A stretch of DNA of 64,000 bases, taken from positions 38,171-102,170 of IMG/VR virus record IMGVR_UViG_3300031521_000029; one strand, given 5' to 3'. Shown piece by piece: positions 55,320 to 64,000 of the stretch. Numbering within the stretch: the first letter of the stretch is position 1; each line of letters opens with the position of its first letter. The notes beneath the pieces are model-generated. The model was not told the DNA's origin and ran no database searches. It saw only the letters and a program-made list of their open reading frames with translations. The position numbers and the translations under genes were made by a program. This DNA comes from a virus.

Positions 55320-57986
55320 TTAAGAACATTTAGACCAACCACAAGTTGTACAAGATACACATCCTTCAAGATAAACCAATCCGTTTCCACAACTTGGACA
55401 AGATTGTCCCTTTGCAACTTCACCTTGAGGAATATACTTTTTCAAAACTCTTGCGGCGGCAGAACCCATTGAAGTAATATCTTCCGTAGCCTTCTGTAAT
55501 TGGTCAACAATGAACTGAATAGGTACGCCATGTCTCAAACTAGTTGAAGCTAAACGAAACATGATTTGTTCGGTAGGCGTAAACTGTTTACTAAAATCTT
55601 CTATTGTAATATCGTCAATTTCCAAAGCATACTGTTTATTTTTAACCTTACGAATCTTACCTTTTTTGTAATTAGATTTCAATCCAAGTCCATTCAGATG
55701 TCCGCCAAAAATTTCATATGGTTGTCCGTTTTGAATACCAACAGCAATACAAAACTTCTGACCTTTAACGGTAACGATATGAATATCTGCATCCAATACA
55801 GGCAATCTTTCGGGAGCAGCATTTTGATTAGCCTTTGAAATCTTCTGACGAGACACATTCAATTCCTTCAACTCTTCATCGGAAAAGTTTTGATGATGTG
55901 ATTCAATTCCTTCATCCTTTAACTTAAACGCCAAATCTTTAAAGGCAATATTTGAAATAATTCCATACATTTTCTTATCAGGAAAAGCAGCAATCGACTT
56001 TACTTCCTTTTCATGAGAAGCTACGATAAACTTATAAACTGATTTCCAGTCTGAACCTATTGGCAACAAATAAGTTGTTGAAATAGATGAATCCACCCAT
56101 TTCATTACTTTTGACATAAACTCCAACTTTTCAATAGGGTCGATTTCGGTAGATGCTTTAAACTTAATACCAACTTCTTCCACGTGTTTATCAATAAACT
56201 CTGCAATTGGTTTGCCATGTTTTCCATCCCAATCATCACGAATAGTATCAGAATTCATTGGAATTGGGAACCCTGCCTTTTCAAATGCCTCACGAACAAC
56301 TTTAGGAACGTTAAAGTAATACTTGTAACTTCCGTGCATTCTGGTTCTTTTCCAAAAATACATAAAAAACGCGGCTTCAATTCCATAACTCATAACCAAA
56401 TCACGAAACATTAAACTTAACGTTCCTGTGGGAGCGATTGAACTATTTGTGACATTTCTAGCAGATTCGCCGGTCATTATGGGAACTTCATACACTTTAC
56501 TCAAAGCCACAGAGTCTTCCACAACTCTCTTAACAAAAGGAGCAGAATTCCATTTTTCTTTATTGAACAACCCGAAATTACCTTTTTCTTGACCATTCAT
56601 TTCAGAGCTGTAATACATCCAATAATTAAACAATCTCATGAACTCTTCAAATGCCACATTAGCATCTGGAGTAGCATAAGCTAAGTTTTGTTTAAACAAC
56701 CAACCAACAATGTTAGTTACTCCTGCTCCTGTTCTACGAAGTTTTTCAATGGCCATCTTCTGATGTGGGGTAGCATACGTCTGATATACCAATTCACATT
56801 CATTTACGTTATCCAAAAATCTGTTCATCGAAATGCCTACTCGTTCCAATTCGTTTACATATATTTTTGGGTCTGTAGAAAATTTCCCAACATTCAAAGA
56901 ACCTAAAACACATAGAGATTCACGACTCAAATATTGTTCCGAACAAGCATTAGTCGAAAGAATACGAGAATCATATTCGTCCTTTGGGTCATAGACATAA
57001 TCAGAATTTGAATACTTTCTGGCCACATCAATATTTTGAACTCCGGGTTCCGCATTTTGATGCATGTTCTTTGCAATCAATTCCATCAACTTACGAGCCT
57101 TCACAGTTTTAGAAAAAACTTCTTTCTTCTTATCGTGAGTAGCAATCTTATAATATTTACCATTTGAATCTTTTAATGTATCGGCATCAATGCTATGAAC
57201 ATCCAAATATATTTTGTCACCTTTTTTGATACCAGGAACTTCAAAAGAAAGTTCCCAATCTTTATCATCTTCAACATACTTATAAAATTTATCAGTCAAC
57301 TGAACAGAGATATTAGCATTTTGAATTTTTGTATAATCACTCTTGACTGTAATAAACTCTTCCACGTCAGGATGATTAATACTCAAAGAAAATAGCATGG
57401 CCGGAATACGGCCTTTTTGACCAACAGAATAACCAATGCCATCAATGTGTTTCATCCAATGGACGGCGCCGGTTGATTGATTGGCGCTATTTAAAACTTT
57501 TGTTCCACAAGGACGAAGACGACTAAAATCCACGCCCAATCCCTGACGATATGCGGCACATTTTGCAACCGTATATGCCGTATTCTTCATGATTGATTCC
57601 AAATTATCCCATTCTTCATTTTCACGAAGAGCGCCCAATGAAATGGTTGTACAATTTGCCAAAGAAATTTTTCTATGTGTTCCTGCTCCCTGCATAATAG
57701 AACCGGCAGGATGCCACCAATCGTTATAAATTTCATCAAACCAACGTTCGCTCCAATATTTTTGAAGTTCTGGCGTCCTTTCTACAGATGCAATATAATC
57801 ACACACACGTTTTAATGCTTGAACGTATGTTTCCCCATCTTCAGCTGTGTATTTTTTATTAAATGCATCAATGGAAAATTGATTTCCATTAAAATATTCT
57901 TCCGTAGTTTGCTTTTTTACATCTTCGTGTCTGGTTGTAATCTTATTGAAGTCCTCTTTTTTATTTGCAATTTCATCTTTACTCAT
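55320..57986 (-). CDS. nrdJ: Class II (adenosylcobalamin-dependent) ribonucleotide reductase
   Basis: PAGSI, LANC, NANISV, AEPG, TNACSEQ, LCVLGSLN, SIAPTGT, C-terminal CPSC...CTTCGWSKC; no beta subunit nearby. Confidence 0.92.
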   Translation of the reverse strand: MSKDEIANKKEDFNKITTRHEDVKKQTTEEYFNGNQFSIDAFNKKYTAEDGETYVQALKRVCDYIASVERTPELQKYWSERWFDEIYNDWWHPAGSIMQGAGTHRKISLANCTTISLGALRENEEWDNLESIMKNTAYTVAKCAAYRQGLGVDFSRLRPCGTKVLNSANQSTGAVHWMKHIDGIGYSVGQKGRIPAMLFSLSINHPDVEEFITVKSDYTKIQNANISVQLTDKFYKYVEDDKDWELSFEVPGIKKGDKIYLDVHSIDADTLKDSNGKYYKIATHDKKKEVFSKTVKARKLMELIAKNMHQNAEPGVQNIDVARKYSNSDYVYDPKDEYDSRILSTNACSEQYLSRESLCVLGSLNVGKFSTDPKIYVNELERVGISMNRFLDNVNECELVYQTYATPHQKMAIEKLRRTGAGVTNIVGWLFKQNLAYATPDANVAFEEFMRLFNYWMYYSSEMNGQEKGNFGLFNKEKWNSAPFVKRVVEDSVALSKVYEVPIMTGESARNVTNSSIAPTGTLSLMFRDLVMSYGIEAAFFMYFWKRTRMHGSYKYYFNVPKVVREAFEKAGFPIPMNSDTIRDDWDGKHGKPIAEFIDKHVEEVGIKFKASTEIDPIEKLEFMSKVMKWVDSSISTTYLLPIGSDWKSVYKFIVASHEKEVKSIAAFPDKKMYGIISNIAFKDLAFKLKDEGIESHHQNFSDEELKELNVSRQKISKANQNAAPERLPVLDADIHIVTVKGQKFCIAVGIQNGQPYEIFGGHLNGLGLKSNYKKGKIRKVKNKQYALEIDDITIEDFSKQFTPTEQIMFRLASTSLRHGVPIQFIVDQLQKATEDITSMGSAAARVLKKYIPQGEVAKGQSCPSCGNGLVYLEGCVSCTTCGWSKCS

Positions 57987-58026
57987 ATATCCTAAATTTT
58001 TCTATTTTTCTGTGAAGAATAATTAG

Positions 58027-58059
58027 TTGGTGCGAGTGTCAAAAATCCACTCACACCAA
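58027..58059 (-). terminator. Hairpin between the helicase and nrdJ
   Basis: TTGGTGTGAGTG...CACTCGCACCAA 12-bp stem with one G-U pair on the minus strand; weak U-tract. Confidence 0.45.
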
Positions 58060-58122
58060 ACTATTTTTTTCGTTTATAACACTATTTTTTAACTTTTGAT
58101 TTTTTTCTAAAGTACCTAATGA

Positions 58123-59517
58123 TTAATCGTTATCTTGGTCGACCTTACGATTTCTCTTAACGGCATTCCAATTATCCCTAACGACGTCCTGTAATCTCTC
58201 TTCTCCGGCTTTCATTCTTTCCTGACAATCTCTACCTTCAGGAGTGGCAGGGTCGAGAATTTTGATAGAACCATTTCCAGCATCAAAATAAGCAGGCCAC
58301 GTCATACCATCTGCGCCGAAACGATTCTTAATAACGTGAATACGAGCAGTTCCACATTGTTTATCTTCTTCACGTCTTGACAAACTTATTACAAAATCTC
58401 CAGTCATAATCTTACGATAAGAATCTGCAACATTATGAGCCTGAATAACTTCTTCTTCGTGTGCGCCACGATTTGCTTGTGAAGCTGACCAAATAGGAAT
58501 TTGTAATTCTCCTGCGACAGCTCTAAGTTCTTCATATACAGAACCGGCTTCACTATAAGAATTAGAATTTCGTTCTGCTACAGCGGGTCTTAACAAGTCG
58601 GCATAATCAACAACGACCATGTCAATCTTGTTGCCTGTCAACATTTGAATACGTTCCACATGCGTTTTAATTGTGTGCGAAGCAATTGTTTTAATTGGAA
58701 AATATTTAATAAATAACTTTCCTTCAATAGCATCAATTTTTTGTTTTACTGCTTCGATATTTTTTCTAATATCTTGAAAATTAATACCTGTAAAACAACT
58801 ATCATAACGAAGACCAACATAGTTTTCATTGAGTTCCAATGTAACATGAAGGACATTTTTTCCCATTCTCATGGCCTCTGCGCCGAGACGTGTTAAAATC
58901 CAAGATTTGCCGGAACCTGCTGGCGCCACAACGAATCCAAGTTCACCTTTTGCCAAACCACCATCCAAGAGAATATCAATAGGCCCCCAATTGGTTTTAA
59001 TTGTGTCACGACACATTTCAGACATACGTTTCTCAATATCAATCAAGTATTCATGTCCTAAGTTTCGTTCCATGCCTGCCTTCAAAGCATTATCAACAAC
59101 GGTTCTAATTTTATCAAATTCACCAAGTTTTAAATAATCAGCAGAAGAAATAATTGCATTCTTCATTTTTTGGTTTTTACAAAATTCCAAAAATTGTTCT
59201 TTTACAAAAGGCAAATCAATTGCGTCAACTTGGTTCTTATAAACATTTTTGATTTGTTCTACGATTGAAACTTTCAATACGTCACTTCTTACCTTTTCAG
59301 CTTCTACTGCGAAGACTTGAAGAGTTGGAATGGATTTATATTTTAAAAAATAGTCCATTGTGGATTGAACAATCCACTTATTTGCGTCGGTTTCGAAGTA
59401 ATCAGGAGTAAGAATGTCAAAAATACGTTCAACGAAAAATTGGTCTGTTACCAATGATGCAATACATTTTGATTGAAACTCACTGCCGAATTTTTTTAGA
59501 TTGTCTATGTCTTCCAT
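58123..59517 (-). CDS. Replicative DnaB-family helicase (T4 gp41-like)
   Basis: APAGSGKS, TLEL, VVVDYADLL, IWSASQANR, KNRFG; likely start MEDID at 59517 (track start 59541). Confidence 0.93.
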   Translation of the reverse strand: MEDIDNLKKFGSEFQSKCIASLVTDQFFVERIFDILTPDYFETDANKWIVQSTMDYFLKYKSIPTLQVFAVEAEKVRSDVLKVSIVEQIKNVYKNQVDAIDLPFVKEQFLEFCKNQKMKNAIISSADYLKLGEFDKIRTVVDNALKAGMERNLGHEYLIDIEKRMSEMCRDTIKTNWGPIDILLDGGLAKGELGFVVAPAGSGKSWILTRLGAEAMRMGKNVLHVTLELNENYVGLRYDSCFTGINFQDIRKNIEAVKQKIDAIEGKLFIKYFPIKTIASHTIKTHVERIQMLTGNKIDMVVVDYADLLRPAVAERNSNSYSEAGSVYEELRAVAGELQIPIWSASQANRGAHEEEVIQAHNVADSYRKIMTGDFVISLSRREEDKQCGTARIHVIKNRFGADGMTWPAYFDAGNGSIKILDPATPEGRDCQERMKAGEERLQDVVRDNWNAVKRNRKVDQDND

Positions 59518-59705
59518 ATATTTTTTATTATGTTGGTACACTACACCAAGTACCTCAATAGTAAACTTTTTATATCAGGTTTACTAAATTATAATTTATT
59601 TTTTTTAGATGAAAATAGTTTTCACACCTATGTATAAGCTTACGAAATTGGGTGTAGGCCCACTTAAGTTTAGTACAACAATAACAACTAAAAGAAAGAT
59701 AAGAT

Positions 59706-60608
59706 ATGAGTTTTGACCTTAACATAACAGTCAACGGTTCCCGTTGCAAACAATATTCCCACCAAGGAAAAATATTCATCGAAGCCAAACAAAGCTCGGA
59801 ATACGTCATAGAAATAAAAAACAACCACTGGAAACGAGTTCTTATGGTAGGTTCTGTGGATGGATTAAATGTCTTAACAGGAAAAACAGCCAGTGAGAAC
59901 GACACAGGATATATCATAGGTGCGTATTCAGCAGAAAAAATCAAAGGATTCAGAGTATCAGATGATGAATGGGCATTATTCAAATTCGGATATAAATTCA
60001 ATGGAAACACTTACGCCCAATCCAAAGAAGACGGTTCAGAAAAAAATTGTGGTGTGATTGGCGTAAGGCTCTTTTATGAAAAAGACCCAGTAGTTACATA
60101 TTCAACTTGGAATTCTTCTTTTGCTGTAAGTTGTAGTTATGCTGGTAACTTACAAACAAATTATATGTCAAACGTAAACTATCAGCCAAATAATCTTATA
60201 TCACAAAATATGGATATGACAATGTACGCTTCAAACTGTACAAAGGGCGGCGGACTTATTGGTGGACAATCTGCCACGTTAGGTTACAGTGGTAAAGAAA
60301 GAAGATTTACATCAAATTGTTCAACCATATCAACTCCGGCATCAGATGAATGTTTAGATTTTTCACAACTAGAGTATAGTAAAAGACCTGAGTTTAATAT
60401 GGGTACAGAATTTGGTCGTAAAGAACATAGCAAGGTTCGTAATGTAGAATTTATTCGGGGATATATGGCCCAATCGTTTGATATTTACTACGCAAGTAGA
60501 GAAGCGTTAATTGCCATGGGAGTTCCGATTACAAATGAACTTCAAATAAACTTGCCTCAAAGTTTTACTAACTCATATTGTACACCACCAAAAAATTGGG
60601 TAGGATAA
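59706..60608 (+). CDS. Conserved-looking hypothetical protein
   Basis: SVDGLNVLTG, GYII, IKGFR, TYA, CGVIGVRLFYE, low-complexity middle, MGTEFG. Confidence 0.7.
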   Translation: MSFDLNITVNGSRCKQYSHQGKIFIEAKQSSEYVIEIKNNHWKRVLMVGSVDGLNVLTGKTASENDTGYIIGAYSAEKIKGFRVSDDEWALFKFGYKFNGNTYAQSKEDGSEKNCGVIGVRLFYEKDPVVTYSTWNSSFAVSCSYAGNLQTNYMSNVNYQPNNLISQNMDMTMYASNCTKGGGLIGGQSATLGYSGKERRFTSNCSTISTPASDECLDFSQLEYSKRPEFNMGTEFGRKEHSKVRNVEFIRGYMAQSFDIYYASREALIAMGVPITNELQINLPQSFTNSYCTPPKNWVG

Positions 60609-60644
60609 TCATTGAAAATCAGAAAAGGCGTTGAAGAGAAATTT

Positions 60645-60890
60645 TCAACGTCTTTTTCTTTTATAAGTCAACTCGACTCTTTGCCAGTCGCCCGGTTCAA
60701 TTTTTTGATATGCGGTAACATAATACTCTTCATAATCATCATCAATTTTAGATATGACAGGTTTTATAATTGGAACGTTTTCTACTTTTTGTCGTCCTTC
60801 AAACTTCTCCATCCGTTTCTCTCCCTTTTTATCCGCATCAATCTTTTTTTGTGAAGTCCTCGACATGAAAATTATCCATTTCTTTATCAA
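60645..60890 (-). CDS. Small basic hypothetical protein
   Basis: Likely start MSRTSQKK. Confidence 0.5.
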   Translation of the reverse strand: MIKKWIIFMSRTSQKKIDADKKGEKRMEKFEGRQKVENVPIIKPVISKIDDDYEEYYVTAYQKIEPGDWQRVELTYKRKRR

Positions 60891-60973
60891 TTATTTTTAA
60901 CCACAACTTTAACCATCCATTCGTAACAAATGGTTTATTTTTTACTTTTCTCTTTTTTGGTAGTGGCTTCATA

Positions 60974-61375
60974 TCAAAAATTCATTTCTTTAAGATGTGG
61001 AGTTTCAAAAATATTCCCAATCACTTCCATATCACCAATCATCATATAAGCCAATTCATCGTCTGTTTCGTCGTCCCAACAACAGACATACATTGACGCA
61101 AAAAATTCAACGATACCTATTCTTCCTCTATAGTTTAAAATGTCACCCTCGTATATTTCTTTTCCATTTTTATCATGTGCGGTAGTGTACTGTTGAATTA
61201 TAGGCGGTTCTGAACAATCGAATGGGGATTCCCATGCTGGAGATTTCCAATCTTTGCCATAATTTTCATATATTTCGCCATTTAATCCAATCAAAAATCT
61301 ATCATCAGAATAAATGATATTTTTATCACCATTTTGAGCGGTATAACAAATTCTAAATTTTAATTCTTTACTCAT
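60974..61375 (-). CDS. YopX-family protein
   Basis: ELKFR, QYT..HDKNGKEIYEGDI, EVIGNIFE. Confidence 0.88.
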   Translation of the reverse strand: MSKELKFRICYTAQNGDKNIIYSDDRFLIGLNGEIYENYGKDWKSPAWESPFDCSEPPIIQQYTTAHDKNGKEIYEGDILNYRGRIGIVEFFASMYVCCWDDETDDELAYMMIGDMEVIGNIFETPHLKEMNF

Positions 61376-61548
61376 TTATTTGAAATTTTAATAGACGGGG
61401 TTTCATACATTTCACTTAACAATCTCGTAAGATTATCAAACGCATAATACAATTCGTCCAAATCTTCCTTAGATGCACCTAAAACCGCTTCTGCGTTAGA
61501 TTCCTTTATTATTTGATTAAACTTTTTTCTTGTTAATGTTTTTTTCAT
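61372..61548 (-). CDS. 58-aa hypothetical protein (not in the ORF track)
   Basis: MKKTLTRKKFNQIIKE...; fills the operon gap, ATGA overlap with YopX gene. Confidence 0.55.
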   Translation of the reverse strand: MKKTLTRKKFNQIIKESNAEAVLGASKEDLDELYYAFDNLTRLLSEMYETPSIKISNK

Positions 61549-61549
61549 A

Positions 61550-62602
61550 TTAATCCCTTACAAAGTTGTTTAGTTTACTAAAACACTCATTCATCCAGTT
61601 TGGTAGATTGTAAATGGTATTGGTCAGATTATCAGAAGACATCTGTTTCATCAACTCAAATCGGTTAAGTTTTGGAATAGGTTGTTCTATAACTTCTTTG
61701 ACATGTAATTGGGCCATAGTAGTTAACGCAGTATCAGTTAACTGCATCAATGCGTAGTTTCTCTCCACATCGTTCCAATTTTCAACAATCGTATCGTAAA
61801 TCTTCAATTTACCGCTGTTTTGGATTGCGTGTTCCTTCAATACAGGCAATTCTATCCTTTCACCAGTCAACATAGGGAACGCCTTAATAATGGTCTTTAA
61901 ACCGCAACCACGAATGCCAGGCACGTTATCTGACACATCACCGTCAAGAGTTCTATAATACACGAAATTTTTGGAACTAACTCCATATTCATTTAAAACG
62001 TCTTGTGGCCCATACAATCTTTTCTTTGTCGGACTCCAGACCTTTACATGGTCATTTACGATTTGTAAAAAGTCCTTGTCGGCCGACATTATGGTTGAGT
62101 TCCAGTCTTTGAAAGTGTCCAAAGCAAGGTGGGCGATAGTATCGTCGGCTTCTACATTTTCAAGAGCCAACATATTTACAGGCAAACTTTGAAGATAGGC
62201 TACCAATCTTTGAAGTTGTTTCTGCATCGAGATATCTTCATCTGTAAGATTCTCTTCATAAATTCTATTCAATCGAATCTTTGTCCGTCGATGAGCTTTA
62301 TACTCTGGATAAATTTTTCTCCGTTTGAATGACCCTCCATGACCGTCAAAAACAATAACACATCTATCAGGTTGATATTGTTTTATTGCGTATCCAACAC
62401 TCTTTAGAAATCCAGATATTCCTCCTGTATGAAGTCCGTCTTGATTGAGCGTCGGGATAGCACAAAATGCACGCAAATACGTATTAAATCCATCAATTAT
62501 TAATACCTCTTTTTTGGTGACGGCATTAATTCCATTTTCTTGGGCAGCCTTCTTTTCTGCCTTCAAATTTTCCCAAATTGAAAATACATCACTCATACGC
62601 AT
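61550..62602 (-). CDS. 5'-3' exonuclease/flap endonuclease (T4 RNase H / PolI N-terminal-like)
   Basis: LIIDGFN, VFDG, YPEYKAHR, EADD, SADKDF, GDVSDNVPGI.G.G.KT. Confidence 0.93.
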   Translation of the reverse strand: MRMSDVFSIWENLKAEKKAAQENGINAVTKKEVLIIDGFNTYLRAFCAIPTLNQDGLHTGGISGFLKSVGYAIKQYQPDRCVIVFDGHGGSFKRRKIYPEYKAHRRTKIRLNRIYEENLTDEDISMQKQLQRLVAYLQSLPVNMLALENVEADDTIAHLALDTFKDWNSTIMSADKDFLQIVNDHVKVWSPTKKRLYGPQDVLNEYGVSSKNFVYYRTLDGDVSDNVPGIRGCGLKTIIKAFPMLTGERIELPVLKEHAIQNSGKLKIYDTIVENWNDVERNYALMQLTDTALTTMAQLHVKEVIEQPIPKLNRFELMKQMSSDNLTNTIYNLPNWMNECFSKLNNFVRD

Positions 62603-62823
62603 TAAACATCATATTCAACGAATATATATTTTCGTGTCAATTGGCCATCATCACTTAAAATGACCGATACGTTATTAAGGTCATAAGATTTTTCATTATA
62701 CTGAATAGAATTATCGATAGTGGCTGGAAAAAAATCTTCTTTTAATTCAATTTCCTTAACAAGTTCCTTGGTTGGACGACAACTATTTGGTTCTGATTTT
62801 CTTAAACTAAACACTACTCTCAT
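62602..62823 (-). CDS. Small hypothetical protein
   Basis: 73 aa, coupled to both neighbours. Confidence 0.55.
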   Translation of the reverse strand: MRVVFSLRKSEPNSCRPTKELVKEIELKEDFFPATIDNSIQYNEKSYDLNNVSVILSDDGQLTRKYIFVEYDV

Positions 62824-63331
62824 ATTTATATCTCCTTATTGGTTTTGTAAATTTATAGAATATTTTATAATCTATATTTCGTTTCATTTGATTACACATC
62901 GGACAACAAACTACACAATTTTCTTTTGTATATCCAAGTGTATTATCTTTCCTATCTAAATTATATGGCGCATTTGTTTTATAACTATACTTTTCCCATC
63001 TTATGTCATTTTCACAATAATGACATCGTTTTATTTTTAAGAATTGTAAAAATTCATCAAATGTCAATTTACATTGTTTCTTTGAACGTCTTGAAATGTA
63101 TTTAATACTTGCAAATAAATGATAATATGGTTTCTTTCTAACTCTATCACGATGTAAACATCCACAACTTTTTGTACGATTATGAACTAATGACCTACAA
63201 ATTACATCTGTAATATTGCCACAATCACACTTACATCGCCATACAGGTTGATTATGCCCATCATTCTTCAATCTTGAAATAACTTTCAATCTACCAAATC
63301 GTTTATTTTTAAGATTGATAAGTGCGCCCAT
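62807..63331 (-). CDS. HNH homing endonuclease-like protein
   Basis: NKRFGRLKV, WRCKCDCG, TKSCGC, CHYC, LDRKDNTLGYTKENCVVCCPMCNQMK; likely start MGALI at 63331. Confidence 0.8.
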   Translation of the reverse strand: MGALINLKNKRFGRLKVISRLKNDGHNQPVWRCKCDCGNITDVICRSLVHNRTKSCGCLHRDRVRKKPYYHLFASIKYISRRSKKQCKLTFDEFLQFLKIKRCHYCENDIRWEKYSYKTNAPYNLDRKDNTLGYTKENCVVCCPMCNQMKRNIDYKIFYKFTKPIRRYKYESSV

Positions 63332-63332
63332 A

Positions 63333-64000
63333 TTATTCGTCCTCAACAGTGGCTTCTTCTGATTCCAATCCTTCAATAATTTCACTATTGGCGGGTCTGT
63401 ATTTCATAATATAATCGGTGGCAATCACATCATAAATCGCATCTTTAAAAGGTTGTTCAGCATGAATCTTATCAAGAAATTCCCGTGTAGAAAGTTTGAT
63501 AGTTTCATTTGGAAGTTTAATGGAATATTTATCACCATCTTTTCTAGCAAAACCATTGTCTTTCAAAAATTCTAACCAACTGGTCAAGTCTTGAATACCA
63601 CTATCATAGTGAATTTCAAACATTCCTGTTCTATGTGGCGGCCCCATACGATTCTTTGTAACAACAACTTTACATTTATTACCAATAATCTTTTGGCCTG
63701 CTCCTTTCAACTTACCCATGTTGCTCAAACGAAGTCTTACAGAAGCGGCAAATGCCATGGCCTTACCACCAGGAACAATCCATTTGTCTTGATGACCAAC
63801 AGCAGCCAAATTCATACGAAGTTGATTTACGAAAACAACAAGAATTCTCTGTTGTCCAATCAATCCTGTAATCTTACGACAAGCCTTACTGATAATAATA
63901 GACTTAGATGTGTTGTAACCATCCTTACCATGTTCAGACTCCATTTCAACTTCACTTGAAGCTTGTGAAAGAGAATCAACAACGATTGTTACCAATTGTT
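63333..64000 (-). CDS. recA: RecA/UvsX recombinase, C-terminal part (gene starts beyond the window)
   Basis: IVVDSL, VFVNQLR, PGGKAMAFAASVRL, KNRMGPP. Confidence 0.93.
   Translation of the reverse strand, partial: QLVTIVVDSLSQASSEVEMESEHGKDGYNTSKSIIISKACRKITGLIGQQRILVVFVNQLRMNLAAVGHQDKWIVPGGKAMAFAASVRLRLSNMGKLKGAGQKIIGNKCKVVVTKNRMGPPHRTGMFEIHYDSGIQDLTSWLEFLKDNGFARKDGDKYSIKLPNETIKLSTREFLDKIHAEQPFKDAIYDVIATDYIMKYRPANSEIIEGLESEEATVEDE

Noticed and set aside
57987-58122. Cobalamin riboswitch upstream of nrdJ
   Set aside because: The region is short and AT-rich with one hairpin and no B12-box.
55320-59517. Inteins in nrdJ or the helicase (polymerase also checked)
   Set aside because: Protein lengths are near normal and no splice-junction or LAGLIDADG motifs are visible.
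1-64000. Genome-wide TAG stop-codon reassignment
   Set aside because: Long conserved genes are uninterrupted under the standard code, and the TAG stops at 119-121 and 1584-1586 are followed by terminators.
1-64000. tRNA or rRNA genes
   Set aside because: Intergenic gaps are short and none shows a cloverleaf or T-loop signature by eye; a covariance-model scan would be needed to exclude them fully.

Overview
This window is about 64 kb of a large, AT-rich (roughly one-third GC by eye) T4-like/jumbo dsDNA phage genome in the standard code. It is densely coding, and I saw no tRNA, rRNA or CRISPR array. Main contents: (1) a T4-type replication/recombination set: family-B DNA polymerase, sliding clamp, both clamp-loader subunits, DnaB/gp41 helicase, RecA/UvsX (partial), 5'-3' exonuclease and an SF2 helicase. 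(2) Nucleotide metabolism: class II B12-dependent RNR, dUTPase, dNMP kinase, NUDIX and NDT-like genes. (3) Two ClpP-like proteases, a MoxR-AAA/vWA pair, and acidic proteins that look like internal head proteins. (4) Three Mom/DUF4338 GNAT-like genes. (5) A ~20 kb glycan-biosynthesis island (24.6-44.9 kb) plus a distant gmd gene. Most notable: (a) a translationally coupled nucleotidyltransferase-cupin-RuBisCO-like protein-phosphodiesterase module inside the glycan island, a candidate new sugar-nucleotide pathway; (b) a GT4 glycosyltransferase gene split into two in-frame halves by an endonuclease+RHH cassette flanked by a degenerate 22-bp repeat; (c) a 61-aa histone-fold-like gene among the replication genes; (d) two promoter classes that give leaderless or very short-leader mRNAs. 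All family calls come from motif recognition by eye; no searches were run.
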